Under the pieces are notes generated by a model that was not told the origin of the DNA, made no database searches, and saw nothing but the letters and a program-made list of their open reading frames with translations. From an uncultured Chloroflexota bacterium (GTDB lineage: Bacteria; Chloroflexota; Chloroflexia; Thermomicrobiales; UBA6265), in the NCBI GenBank assembly GCA_937901745.1, contig CALGSZ010000096.1, positions 69,750 through 133,749 on the forward strand: a stretch of DNA of 64,000 bases. Reading direction: 5' to 3'. This document shows, one piece after another, positions 21,951-32,061 of the stretch. Positions within the stretch are counted from its first letter, which is position 1. The number at the start of each line of letters is the position of its first letter. Both the position numbers and the translations under genes were made by a program.

Positions 21951-24900
21951 TTACGCCGACGCAGGGCCTTCCTGCACATTGCGAGCGTGCGCCTCGGCCT
22001 CGGAAGTCGGCTCGACCTCGAGTCCCGGCACCTTGACCGGCGGCTGCCACTGATGTCCCGGCGCAATCCGGCCGGCCAGCACCTCGGCGATGTGCCGTGT
22101 TCGCCGCCCGGTGAAGTGCTCGATCTGCTGCCGGCAAGAGACACCGGCAACGGCGATGATCGTCTCCGGCGAGGTGGCCTCGACGGCTGGGAAGAGGCGC
22201 TCCTCGCCGATCTTGCGGGAGATCTCGTAGTGTTCCACTTCATAGCCGAACGAGCCGGCCATGCCGCAGCACCCTGCTCCGCTCTCGGTCGTCTTGCAGC
22301 CCGCGTGCTTCAGAATCGAGAGCGACGGCCCGACGCCGATCAACGCCTTCTGGTGGCAATGCCCGTGGTACAGCACCTCAGGCGCCGGTCCATCCTTCCA
22401 GGTGATCCCCAGATCACCCTCTTCAGCCAGCCTCGCGAGGAATTCATCAATCATGAACGCTTGCTCGGCGACGACCTCAGCCTCGGGGTCTCCTGGCAGG
22501 AGATCGCGGTACTCGTCGCGTAGCGTCAAAATGCAGCTTGGCTCCGTGCCCACTATCGGGTATCCAGCACGCGCGTAGGGAGCCAGCAAGAGGACGTTCT
22601 TGCGCGCGACCCGCCGCGCATCGCTGACAAGTCCCTTGGAGAGCATCGGACGCCCACAGCATGCCCGGCGCTCTTCGACGATCACCTCGAATCCGGCTGC
22701 TTCCAGGAGCTTGACCGCCGCCAAGCCGATCCGCGGATAGTTGTACGTCGTGAAGGTGTCGTGGAAGTAAACCACCTTCCCTCGTGTCGACCGGTTGGCG
22801 GGCAGGTGCTTGACATGCTTGCGCCAGCGAGCGACGAAGGTCCGCCGAGCGAAGGGAGAGAGCTTCCGCTCTGGGTGGACGCCGAGCGCACGCATGACCG
22901 GCGCGGAAATGGGCGTGCGCAGCGCCAAGTTGGCGAGCGGCGCGACTGGCGAGGTCAGCTTGGAGATCGTGTGGATGTGGCCGAAGACGCGCGCCCGCAG
23001 CGGCGTTCCATGCGCCTCGTAGTAGTGGGCAAGGAACTCGGTCTTCAGCTTCGCCATGTCGACGCTGGACGGACACTCGGTCTTACACGCCTTGCACGAG
23101 AGGCAAAGGTCCATCACCTCGTAGGTCGTTCGCGAAGTGAAATCGCTGCGGTCGAAGACCCGCTCAGCAAGCGCGTTGCGCAGGGCGTTGGCGCGAGCTC
23201 GCGTCGTGTCCTGCTCGTCGCGCGTCGCCATGTACGACGGGCACATCGTGCCGGCCTTCAGCTTGCGGCAAACGGCCGCGCCGTTGCACATCTCGATGGC
23301 GCGGAGGAACCCGCCCTCCTTCGAGAAGTCGAGATGCGTCTTCGGCTCGTAGGGGTGATAGGTCGGCCCATATCGGAGATGCTCGGTCATCGGTGGCGCG
23401 TCGACCTTCTTGCCGGGGTTCATCAAGCCCCTGGGATCGAAGATGGCCTTGAACTCGCGCATCGCCTGGTACAGCTCGGGGCCAAAGATCAGCTCGTTGA
23501 GCTCAGAACGCTGGAGTCCGTCGCCGTGCTCCCCGCTCATCACCCCACCGAACTTGTGGGCAAGCTCCGCAGCGGCGCGCGCCAGCGACGTCATCGTCTC
23601 GACGCCCTTGATGTCCTTCAAGTTGATGAGCGGGCGGATGTGCAGGCAGCCGGCGGAGGCGTGCGCGTAGAACGCGGCCGTCGTCCCGTGCTCCTGGACG
23701 AGGCGCTCGATGGCGCCGACGTACTCCGCGAGGTGCTCGACGGGAACGGCGACGTCTTCGATCACTGGGATCGGCTTGGCATCGCCGCGAATGCTCATCA
23801 GGAGCCCGAGCCCAGCCTTCCGCACCGACCAGACGTCGGCCTGGCGCCGCGCATCCAGGACGCGCAGCGGTGGCGCGCTGAGGCGGACGCCGTGCCGCTG
23901 GAGATGAGCCTCCAGCCGGTCGCACTTCGCCTCCAGCTCTGCCTCGCTCTCGCCATAGAACTCAACGGCCAGCACGCCGGCGGGATCCCCATGAATGAAG
24001 GCGATCTGCGGCGCGTACCCTGGCTGCGAGCGAGTCAGGTTGATGAGCATCCGGTCCATCAGCTCGATCGCGGACGGCTCCGCTTCGAGGATGATCGGCG
24101 TCGCCGCCATCGCCGCGACCAGCTCGTCAAACTGCAGCAGGACGAGACCAGTCATGCGCGGCGTCGGCACGACGTTGAGCGTGACCTGCAGGAGCGTGCC
24201 GAGCGTGCCCTCAGAAGCGACGAGCAGCCGCGCCGGATTGAACTCACCGTCCGGCTTGAGGAACTCATTCAGCGAGTAGCCGGTCGCACGTCGCCAGTGG
24301 CGCGGAAAGTCCCGCTCGATGAGATCCCGATACTTTTCGCGGTAGTTCAAGAGTGACCGCAGGAGTCGCCCGCGCGCATCTTCAACATTCGCCAGCGCCG
24401 CCAGCTCCGCATCGGTCCCCGGTCCAAGCTCGACCACGCCTCCCTCGGCGAGCGCGACGCGCGCGGAGATGACGTGGTCGGCGGTCATGCCATACAGGAT
24501 CGAGTGGGCGCCCGCCGAGTTATTCCCGACCACTCCGCCGATCGTCGCCCGGTTGCTCGACGACGGGTCCGGGCCGAACATCAACCCGCTCGGCTTGAGA
24601 TGCTTGTTGAGCTGGTCCAGATTGATGCCGGGCTCGACGGTCACGCGCCGCGCTTCCGGATCGAAGGCGACGACGCGGTGGAGATACTTCGAGAAGTCGA
24701 TCACCAACGCCGCGCCGACGGCCTGTCCCGCGAGCGACGAACCGCCGCCACGCGGCAGGATAGGCACGCCGTGGCTGGCGGCAAGCTCGATGGCCGCCTG
24801 AACATCGTCCAGGGTCTTGGGGATGACGACGCCGACCGGCTCGATCTGGTAGTTCGAGGCATCGGTCGAATAGAGCATCCGCGCCGTCTTATCGAATCGC

Positions 24901-25037
24901 ACTTCGCCGGCCAGGCGCGCACGCAGCTCGACCTCGAGCACCCGCGCCGTTTCGACTGCTGCTCGGCGCTCGCGGAGCGCCTGCTGGGACGGATCTCGCC
25001 TGGAAGCGTTAGGCGCGGCATCGACAGAAGCGGACAT
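21951..25037 (-). CDS. FAD-binding and (Fe-S)-binding fusion oxidoreductase (GlcD-like FAD domain, 4Fe-4S dicluster and two CCG domains)
   Basis: 1028 aa. FAD_binding_4 region (PRGGGSSLAGQAVG), a Cys cluster (CLSCKACKTECPS) and C-terminal CCG motifs (ACCGRP, GCCGMAG). Confidence 0.85.
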   Translation of the reverse strand: MSASVDAAPNASRRDPSQQALRERRAAVETARVLEVELRARLAGEVRFDKTARMLYSTDASNYQIEPVGVVIPKTLDDVQAAIELAASHGVPILPRGGGSSLAGQAVGAALVIDFSKYLHRVVAFDPEARRVTVEPGINLDQLNKHLKPSGLMFGPDPSSSNRATIGGVVGNNSAGAHSILYGMTADHVISARVALAEGGVVELGPGTDAELAALANVEDARGRLLRSLLNYREKYRDLIERDFPRHWRRATGYSLNEFLKPDGEFNPARLLVASEGTLGTLLQVTLNVVPTPRMTGLVLLQFDELVAAMAATPIILEAEPSAIELMDRMLINLTRSQPGYAPQIAFIHGDPAGVLAVEFYGESEAELEAKCDRLEAHLQRHGVRLSAPPLRVLDARRQADVWSVRKAGLGLLMSIRGDAKPIPVIEDVAVPVEHLAEYVGAIERLVQEHGTTAAFYAHASAGCLHIRPLINLKDIKGVETMTSLARAAAELAHKFGGVMSGEHGDGLQRSELNELIFGPELYQAMREFKAIFDPRGLMNPGKKVDAPPMTEHLRYGPTYHPYEPKTHLDFSKEGGFLRAIEMCNGAAVCRKLKAGTMCPSYMATRDEQDTTRARANALRNALAERVFDRSDFTSRTTYEVMDLCLSCKACKTECPSSVDMAKLKTEFLAHYYEAHGTPLRARVFGHIHTISKLTSPVAPLANLALRTPISAPVMRALGVHPERKLSPFARRTFVARWRKHVKHLPANRSTRGKVVYFHDTFTTYNYPRIGLAAVKLLEAAGFEVIVEERRACCGRPMLSKGLVSDARRVARKNVLLLAPYARAGYPIVGTEPSCILTLRDEYRDLLPGDPEAEVVAEQAFMIDEFLARLAEEGDLGITWKDGPAPEVLYHGHCHQKALIGVGPSLSILKHAGCKTTESGAGCCGMAGSFGYEVEHYEISRKIGEERLFPAVEATSPETIIAVAGVSCRQQIEHFTGRRTRHIAEVLAGRIAPGHQWQPPVKVPGLEVEPTSEAEAHARNVQEGPASA

Positions 25038-25652
25038 CGAGTTTGGACTCCTGCTGAGCTAGGACCAATCTCCCGCTGGGTCAGAGGTCTCCCCGATGGA
25101 GGAGGCGTCACCGGGTGCGAGTGTAGCACCGGGCCGGGGGATCTGCGGTGGGGTCACCGCGCGAGTCGCGCCGGGGCGTCTGGGTGGCTGCCCGGCTAGG
25201 GAATTAGCTGCCGCAAGAATTCAATGTAGCGTTGCTTACCTTTACCTACCGGCCAATATTCACGCTACGGGCCGCCAACGTGCAACACGAATTCCAGCCG
25301 CCAGAACGATTCGGGCTAAGAATACCGATACACGGATGACTTCCGTGCCCCCCTTTGTCCGTACGATTGACATGGGCCGATTATCTCCGTATTGTGGGTG
25401 CACCGCGCACATCTGGCGAGGCACACCACATCTCAGGAGCGGCGTCGCGGGCCAGGGGGTGCACGATGGAAAGGACACGCGTTTGATCCGGCTGATGGGT
25501 TGGCACGATCAGCTGGTCCCGGGCGCTCCTCACCGCCTCCATCGTCACTCGCGGCCGCGACGAGCAGCAACTGGGAGCGGTGTGACTCGCTTGCCGGGGC
25601 GAGAGGACCGTCAGGGTACGTGGGTAAGTACTGTGGAAGAAGGCCGCTTAGA

Positions 25653-26048
25653 TCAGTTGCGGGCTCCCTGGTCTGTTGACTTGGCCATCCAGCGCTGGAC
25701 TGTGCGTGGATGCACCCCAATCTGGGCAGCAGTTCGCCGCAGCGCCAGCAAGCGCTCAACGTCGTCCGCGGCAACGCGGTACCCGGCCGCCGTTGAGATC
25801 GCTTGCAGCCGACCCGTCGCGACCCAGCGGGAGACTGCCTGCCGACTCACCCCCGCGGCTTGAGCCACATCTCGGAGCGACATCCAGCGAGTCTCCGTGC
25901 CATTCGATGGGCGACGAATGTGCCGAATCACATCTGGCCGCTCGGCGGAGTTTGACGATTCATGACCGGGAAGATCCTGGTTGGTAACCAGGCGCAGCTC
26001 GACACGATGCTCGCTGCTCCCCGACACAGCGGCGCGATCGACAGCCAC
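25653..26048 (-). CDS. Helix-turn-helix (MerR/excisionase-type) DNA-binding protein
   Basis: MSLRDVAQAAGVSRQAVSRWVATGRL is a classic HTH_17-type motif, and a second HTH-like segment follows (IGVHPRTVQRWMAK). The true start may be the internal MSLRD. Confidence 0.55.
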   Translation of the reverse strand: MAVDRAAVSGSSEHRVELRLVTNQDLPGHESSNSAERPDVIRHIRRPSNGTETRWMSLRDVAQAAGVSRQAVSRWVATGRLQAISTAAGYRVAADDVERLLALRRTAAQIGVHPRTVQRWMAKSTDQGARN

Positions 26049-26174
26049 TGTAGCTCTCCTTCAGGTCCTGCGTTAGAGCAAGGACCAACGTGTACAACCA
26101 AGACCCGGATGTCCTGAATCCCCCGTCAGGATTCTAAGGAGTGGGCATCTCGCCGTCAAGAAAGGCACGCCAGC

Positions 26175-26474
26175 ATGCAAGGCGCTCAGGGTCGGGAATG
26201 GACAATCTTCTCCACGCACGGGCTGGTCTTGTGCTATCTGGCCATCCATCCCACGGCAACACTGCGCGACGCATCTGCTGCGTTGAGAATCACTGAGCGG
26301 CAGCTGTCCCGCATCATCACGGACTTGGTCGATGAAGGGATGCTGAGGGTGTCGAAGAACGGGCGGCGCAACTACTACACCGTGAATTTCTCCGCGCGAA
26401 CGCGCCACCCGCTGCTAGCCCATGTCCCGCTCGGGCGATTCATCGCCGCAGTGACCGATCCGGCCGAGACATGA
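26175..26474 (+). CDS. Winged-helix transcriptional regulator (MarR/ArsR-like)
   Basis: 99 aa. LRDASAALRITERQLSRIITDLVDEGMLRVSKNGRRNYYTV matches a wHTH recognition helix plus wing. Confidence 0.55.
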   Translation: MQGAQGREWTIFSTHGLVLCYLAIHPTATLRDASAALRITERQLSRIITDLVDEGMLRVSKNGRRNYYTVNFSARTRHPLLAHVPLGRFIAAVTDPAET

Positions 26475-27022
26475 TTGGGCCGATGTGGCGCCCGTGAGTC
26501 TCACCGAAGGGAGCACGCCAGGGACGCGGATCCGCTGCAGGGACAGATATCCCAGCAGTCCGCTCTAGCGTGCTCCGCGACCGATGAGACGCGGGGAAAG
26601 CAAGCCAAGACCACGCCGCTGGCGGCTCTCCGCGGTTGCCGTTCTGGCGCGGCGGCCTGAGAGGGATCAAGCACACTTGGGTCGGCGCAAGATTCGCGAC
26701 CGACTCCTAGGCAGACGTGTAGCTCGTAGCCGTGCCAACGCGTGGTGAGAGTGATCGGGGCGCGGGTGGCGTACCGCAACTGATCGTCGCTTCGGACGCG
26801 CTAGGCAACGCCAAGAGGCGATGACGATCGCGGCATCGGCTAACTCCTAAGAGTACCGCCTCCTCTCGGCCTGCCATCCTCTAGAGTTCGCTAGCTGGCA
26901 GATCTCTTCCGGGACGGCATCGTTGGATTCCGCCTACTGCCCTTTCGTTCCCTCGGCCGTGTTCCCTCATCTTGCAACCGCCTGACATCCACCTTTGAAA
27001 ACACCGACTCCGTCTCACATAG

Positions 27023-27702
27023 ACGGAGCGCGGGAGGCAGGTACTGGCCGATAAACCGCTCCGGATTGATGTTCAGTTCCTCTCCCGATTCCCCGAGGTC
27101 GTAGAGTTCAAGAGTCAGTCACGGAAGGACGGGGGCAGCCGCCGTCCCAGTCCACCTGCCCCACCGACCAATGGAGAACAGAAACTCTCGCCCGGCGAGT
27201 TGTTGGAGGCGAGTTATCAGCAATTGCGACAAGCGCTCGCGCAAGATCTCTGGAGCGAATCAAGCGGGCTTCGCCCGTATTTTTCGAGAGGCTGGTCATC
27301 GACTTACTCGTTGCTATGGGTTATGGAGGCTCGCGCCGGGACGCGGCCAGCGCGGTCGGCGGCTCTGGCGACGACGGCATCGATGGAATCATCAAAGAGG
27401 ATCGCCTCGGGCTCGATTTCGTTTATGTCCAGGCAAAGCGTTGGGAGAATCCGGTCAGTCGTCCAATCGTGCAAGCCTTTGCCGGCAGCTTGGAAGGCCA
27501 ACGAGCGCGCAAAGGAGTCTTGATCACAACTTCCTCGTTTACCCGCGAGGCACAGGATTATGTGAAGCGCATCGAAAAGCGGATCGTGCTCATCGACGGC
27601 GAACAATTGGCGAGCCTCATGATCGATCACGGGGTCGGTGTGACCGACGTGGCGACCTATCACGTCAAACGAGTCGACGTCGACTACTTCGGCGACGAGT
27701 AG
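27023..27702 (+). pseudogene. mrr: Mrr-family restriction endonuclease remnant (5'-truncated and frameshifted)
   Basis: Track ORF 27316..27702 is an Mrr catalytic core (MGYGGSRRDA...GDDGIDGIIKEDRLGLDFVYVQAKRW...SSFT). The same frame continues upstream as LERIKRASPVFFERLVIDLLVA. The preceding Mrr-like segment (TERGRQVLADKPLRIDVQFLSRFPEVVEFK...PGELLEASYQQLRQALAQDL) is in another frame. The frame switch is near 27247..27252. The stop at 27020 and the unrecognisable sequence upstream remove most of the Mrr_N domain. Confidence 0.8.
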
Positions 27703-28979
27703 CCGCCGATTCCCGTGGGTTCTGCTTCCGATGTAGGCGTCGATGATTCGAGCGCGGGCGAAGATGATGAGCCCTGGGCAGCGAGGTTCAACCGGCCAAG
27801 CTCGTTGGCCGCGTCCGTTAGGTCGGTGACGAGCTGGTCGGACAGCGCCAACGCCTGTCCGAGCATTGCCCAGCCCTCCGGCATTAGGTCATGGATGCGA
27901 TCTCTGGCGGCCAGCATGACGGCTCGCCGCTGGCGCTGAACCTCGGTCGCCAGTTCCTCGTCGTCCTTCGTCTCTCGCGGAAGGTCGATTAGCGTCAGGA
28001 AGTGGTCGAGCGAGACGGCGAGCGCGCTCAGTAGATCCGCGAGCGGCGCACCAAGCCGGTCCGGTTCCAGCCAGCGCGGACGAGGCTCTCCCGCTCGCGC
28101 CGTCTCCACCGCCTCGACGATCGCCCGGCAGATAACTCGCGTCTGAAGCGCTGCGTGCTCCATCGCGCGGTTAGCACGGTGGTAAACGGCGAGTCTGGCG
28201 CGCTGGCGACCAGCCAGCAGGTTGTATCGCAGGCTCTCCTCGGCGCGGGCGATTGAGGCTTCGACCTCGTCTAGGGAACTCGCGATCAATCGCGCCCGTT
28301 CCAAGCAATCGCGTGCCTGCGCCTCGGTCACGCCGGTCGCGAGGGCGGCGGCCAAGTCGTCGAGTACCGCGCCGATCCGATGCCCGAGCGTCACGACCGA
28401 TTCTCGCGCCGCTGGCAGATAGTTGGGCGGCGCGAAAACCGCGTTCAGGGAGAGCCCGACCACAGTACCGATGATTGAATTGGCGACATGGAGCAGCGCC
28501 ACGTCTTGAGTCGCGCCTGGGGTGGCGCCGAGCGCGACGACGAGGGAGCTGACGGCCATTTGAGACACGCCGGCCGCCTCGAGCCGCAAGCGCCGGCCAG
28601 CAACGAACGCGATGAGCACGACCAGCGCGATCGTCCAGCCATTCGCGCCCAGGAAGCGATTGGCCGCGACCGCGACGAGGACGCCGAAGATGACGCCGAG
28701 GATGCGCTGGATGCCTTCCCGCACCGAGCCGGCGACTGTCAGGCTGATCGAAAAGACAGCCGTTAGCGGCGCCAGCACCGGCTGACCGTTGTCCGGGAGG
28801 AGCCGCGCTAGCTCCCAGGCGAGCCCGGCAGCCACCGCGCTCTTCAGGACGCGTTCGCCGAGCCCGACCTCGCGCAGCCGGTCCAGCGTCGTCCGAACTG
28901 GCCCTTCCGCCCCAGTGAAATGCGAGATGACGGTTCCGAGTCTGAGGCGGAACGCCTCGGCCCGCGCGCGGCGCTCCAT
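27684..28979 (-). CDS. FUSC/aromatic-acid-exporter family membrane protein
   Basis: 431 aa. N-terminal multi-TM region (LKSAVAAGLAWELARLL...) followed by a long helical cytoplasmic domain. Its 3' end overlaps the Mrr remnant by 19 nt. Confidence 0.6.
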   Translation of the reverse strand: MERRARAEAFRLRLGTVISHFTGAEGPVRTTLDRLREVGLGERVLKSAVAAGLAWELARLLPDNGQPVLAPLTAVFSISLTVAGSVREGIQRILGVIFGVLVAVAANRFLGANGWTIALVVLIAFVAGRRLRLEAAGVSQMAVSSLVVALGATPGATQDVALLHVANSIIGTVVGLSLNAVFAPPNYLPAARESVVTLGHRIGAVLDDLAAALATGVTEAQARDCLERARLIASSLDEVEASIARAEESLRYNLLAGRQRARLAVYHRANRAMEHAALQTRVICRAIVEAVETARAGEPRPRWLEPDRLGAPLADLLSALAVSLDHFLTLIDLPRETKDDEELATEVQRQRRAVMLAARDRIHDLMPEGWAMLGQALALSDQLVTDLTDAANELGRLNLAAQGSSSSPALESSTPTSEAEPTGIGGYSSPK

Positions 28980-28994
28980 TCCTGCCGATCCGCC

Positions 28995-29906
28995 TTACTG
29001 GTAGATCACGATATCGGGAGACGGATCGAGCGCCAGCACCTCCTCCTCGGTCATGAGAGGCTCATCCTGGCGGTACCAGAGCTTGAAGCCATGGAACTCG
29101 ATCGGGTTCTCGGTCATGACCCGGTAGGTTTCCCGCTTCTCCTCCGGCGTGCCGAACCCGTCCACTTCGAGGACGAATTGCACGCCCGGAACCGGCCGCA
29201 GCTGATCCTTGTCCTCGATGACCGCGTAGTGGAATTGGTGGACGAGGAGGATCTTCGGCGGCAGGTTGCGCTTCCGCGCGAATTCCGCCAGCGTCTCCTG
29301 CGCGTAGGTTATTTCGGCGGCGGTTATGCTCCCGAGATGCACGCCCGGTTGCTCCCCTTCTTTCACCTTGAACTCCGGGTCGAGCGCCAAGTGGACGTGC
29401 GGCAGTTCGAGCCACGGAAGCGCGGCTTCGATCTCGTCCTCGACTGAAAGGCGGCCGAATTGCATGTCGAGGATGAGCAGCATGTCATGCTTCGCCGTGT
29501 AATTCGCATACTCTTTGATGACGTCCGGGTCCGTCCGGTAGAGATAGCTCCCATCCGGCATCGCATCCCGTTGAGCGACGGACGCGATGATCTCGTATGC
29601 CATCTTCCACGGCCGCGAGTTGTCGACACGCTCATACGCTCGCCTCTGGCGAGTGAGACGCTTTCGGAGCTCGCCCTTGGAGTGCTCGCCGAGAATGCCC
29701 ATCAGCTCGTTGCGGGGGAAACCGTAGTACGACAGGATGCGATATTTCGGCAGGAGCGGCTCTGGCTGCGACTCAGGCTGCGCCGGTTGCGATTCGACAT
29801 CGGTTCCATCGCCTTGAGCCCGCGCCAGCCTCGTGATGCCGCTCGCGCCAAACGCCACGGCGCCCACGGCTCCGGCCACGAATCGCCGCCGATTGACCCG
29901 GTTCAT
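28995..29906 (-). CDS. Tat-signal secreted protein of unknown function
   Basis: The ATG at 29906 is preceded by AAGGAGGGG. Twin-arginine signal MNRVNRRRFVAGAVGAVAF. I could not name a family. Confidence 0.6.
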   Translation of the reverse strand: MNRVNRRRFVAGAVGAVAFGASGITRLARAQGDGTDVESQPAQPESQPEPLLPKYRILSYYGFPRNELMGILGEHSKGELRKRLTRQRRAYERVDNSRPWKMAYEIIASVAQRDAMPDGSYLYRTDPDVIKEYANYTAKHDMLLILDMQFGRLSVEDEIEAALPWLELPHVHLALDPEFKVKEGEQPGVHLGSITAAEITYAQETLAEFARKRNLPPKILLVHQFHYAVIEDKDQLRPVPGVQFVLEVDGFGTPEEKRETYRVMTENPIEFHGFKLWYRQDEPLMTEEEVLALDPSPDIVIYQ

Positions 29907-30135
29907 ATGCCCCTCCTTGCTGAAGCCCACAGCCCTCTCGGCACCCAGCACTCAGCATTCAGACCTCAGCACTGCACATAGTGCCTCACGCTCTCCCCGG
30001 CGATTCCGGTCGGCGCGCCGACAATACTAACTAGCCTTTGACTTTCGAAATGCGCGGTCCGATTGCGTCGAGTATCTTGTGTGACGTTGGCATTGTGCGT
30101 CCTCGGACGTCCAGACGCTCACGGGGTATTACGCG

Positions 30136-31008
30136 GTGGAGATCGTCATTCTTCTCCTCTTGATCGTGCTGACAGGCCTCGTCGGCGGCGCGGTCTACTA
30201 CCTACCACGGGAAATGCGCAAAGGCTCCCGGTTTCTCCCGCGTTCCTCCGAGGCTTCGGCGACGGTGATTCCCGAGCTGAGCAGCAAGTATGCCGCTGAG
30301 ATCGAGCGTTTCCGAGCCGAGGCGCGGCAGGTGATCGGAGAAGTCGAGGCTGAGCTCAGCCGGTTACGGGAGACGCTGCGGTCGTCCGCGGAGGAGCAAG
30401 AGTCGCGCCTTGTGCAGCTGCGGACACAGGTCGCCGACTTGGACGGCAAGGCAGCGGACACGCTGGAGCAGGCGCTGCGGGATCTGCGCGCGCAGCACGA
30501 GACTGAACTCCGCCAGCTTCGCGAGATGGTCACCGCCGCCATCGCGGCGATGGCAAGCAGCTTTGCCTCGTCCGAAGCTGCCCGACAAGCTGAGCGACGC
30601 ATTGATGCGTTGAACGAGCTGTACCGGCTCCTGGCGAAGCTGGAGAGCGCCGTCATCTCCGTCGCCAATCCGGTATTGCTCCCCGGAGAGCCGCTGACGC
30701 TGCCGCCGGACCTTCCGGCGGAGGCGCTGCGGTGGGACACCTGGAAAGACGTCGGCAACGCGGCGTTCGCCTTCGCCGACGCCTTCGCCCTGCGCCGGAT
30801 CGACCTCGATGATGCCACCTGCCGCGAGCTTTCGCTTTTCGTCTCGGACCTGCGCCAGCTGCTGACGACCTCGATCTACCCGTACCTTCAGTCGGCGGCG
30901 ACGAATCCTGACGCTCGCAAGAGCTTGCGGCGTTCGCTCGAGCAGCTCGCCGCCGAGTTCCCGCGCGCGAGAGAGTGCCTGGAGCGCGCCTATCGGGAGC
31001 AGGCGTGA
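30136..31008 (+). CDS. Membrane-anchored coiled-coil protein of unknown function
   Basis: GTG start. N-terminal TM helix (MEIVILLLLIVLTGLVGGAVYY), then heptad-like E/R/L/A-rich helices. No recognisable catalytic motif. Confidence 0.55.
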   Translation: MEIVILLLLIVLTGLVGGAVYYLPREMRKGSRFLPRSSEASATVIPELSSKYAAEIERFRAEARQVIGEVEAELSRLRETLRSSAEEQESRLVQLRTQVADLDGKAADTLEQALRDLRAQHETELRQLREMVTAAIAAMASSFASSEAARQAERRIDALNELYRLLAKLESAVISVANPVLLPGEPLTLPPDLPAEALRWDTWKDVGNAAFAFADAFALRRIDLDDATCRELSLFVSDLRQLLTTSIYPYLQSAATNPDARKSLRRSLEQLAAEFPRARECLERAYREQA

Positions 31009-31044
31009 GCCAAATCATTAGCCAGGAGAGGTGGAGGGTCTCGG

Positions 31045-32061
31045 ATGCGCGCGATGGTCTTGGAGACGCAGCGATCGCCGCTGGTGCTACGCGAGATTCC
31101 GACGCCGAAGCCAGGTCCCGGTCAGGCACTGGTGCGCGTGCACGCCTGCGCCGTTTGCCGGACCGACCTCCACGTGATCGACGGCGACCTTCCCAATCCA
31201 AAGCTGCCGCTCATTCCCGGTCATGAGATCGTCGGGACGGTCGTCGAACTTGGCGAGGGAGTGGATCGGTTTCAGCCAGGCGATCGGATCGGCATTCCTT
31301 GGCTCGGCTGGACGTGCGGGACCTGCCGCTACTGCCGGTCCGGTCAGGAAAACCTCTGCGATTCGGCCCGCTTCACCGGGTACGACATTGACGGCGGTTA
31401 CGCCGAATACACGGTGGCCGACGCGAGATTCTGCTTCCCCATCCCGAAGGGCTATCCGGATCTGCAAGCGGCGCCGCTCCTCTGCGCCGGGCTGATTGGC
31501 TACCGCTCCTACCGGATGGCTGGCGACGCCCGCCGGCTCGGGTTCTATGGGTTCGGCGCGGCCGCCCACTTGCTCATTCAGGTGGCGCGCCACGAAGGAC
31601 GCGAGGTGTACGCGTTCACGCGCCCCGGCGACGAAGCCGGCCAGCAATTCGCTCGCGATCTCGGCGCCGTCTGGGCAGGCGGCAGCGATCAGTCGCCGCC
31701 GGAAGAACTGGACGCGGCGATCATCTTCGCGCCGGCTGGTCCACTTGTGCCACAGGCGCTCCGCGCGGTGGCCAAGGGCGGGACGGTCGTCTGCGCCGGC
31801 ATCCACATGAGCGACATTCCGGGCTTTCCCTACTCGATCCTGTGGGGCGAGCGCACGGTCCGCTCGGTCGCAAACCTTACGCGAGCCGACGGCGAGGCGT
31901 TCCTAGAGCTGGCGCCGCGCGTTCCGATCGTCTCCGAGGCAACACCCTTCCCATTGGAACAGGCCAACGAGGCGGTTGAGGCGCTGCGGCAAGGCCGGGT
32001 GCAGGGAGCCGCGGTGCTGACCATCGCGCCGGAGACGGAGGAAGCGGCATCGCGCTCGTGA
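31045..32061 (+). CDS. Zinc-dependent alcohol dehydrogenase family protein
   Basis: Catalytic and structural Zn motifs (CAVCRTDLH, GHEIVG, CGTCRYCRSGQENLC) and an NAD-binding GFGAAAH. Confidence 0.9.
   Translation: MRAMVLETQRSPLVLREIPTPKPGPGQALVRVHACAVCRTDLHVIDGDLPNPKLPLIPGHEIVGTVVELGEGVDRFQPGDRIGIPWLGWTCGTCRYCRSGQENLCDSARFTGYDIDGGYAEYTVADARFCFPIPKGYPDLQAAPLLCAGLIGYRSYRMAGDARRLGFYGFGAAAHLLIQVARHEGREVYAFTRPGDEAGQQFARDLGAVWAGGSDQSPPEELDAAIIFAPAGPLVPQALRAVAKGGTVVCAGIHMSDIPGFPYSILWGERTVRSVANLTRADGEAFLELAPRVPIVSEATPFPLEQANEAVEALRQGRVQGAAVLTIAPETEEAASRS

Noticed and set aside
22761-24356. Very long ORFs antisense to strongly supported genes. Examples: 22761..24356 (531 aa), 43028..44518 (496 aa), 62505..63881 (458 aa), 59063..60250 (395 aa), 11931..13058 (375 aa), 39125..40198 (357 aa), 7574..8599 (341 aa).
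   Set aside because: This is a typical high-GC artefact. The products are Arg/Ala/Gly/Pro/Asp-rich and have no recognisable motifs or RBS. In every case the opposite strand carries unambiguous family signatures (FAD/Fe-S, LamG, VWA MIDAS, SxxK, EKP, ZnuB, Pnkp).
25096-25863. A 255-aa plus-strand ORF spanning the intergenic region and overlapping the HTH gene.
   Set aside because: It has no RBS, an Arg/Ala/Gly-skewed composition and no motif. It overlaps the better-supported minus-strand HTH gene.
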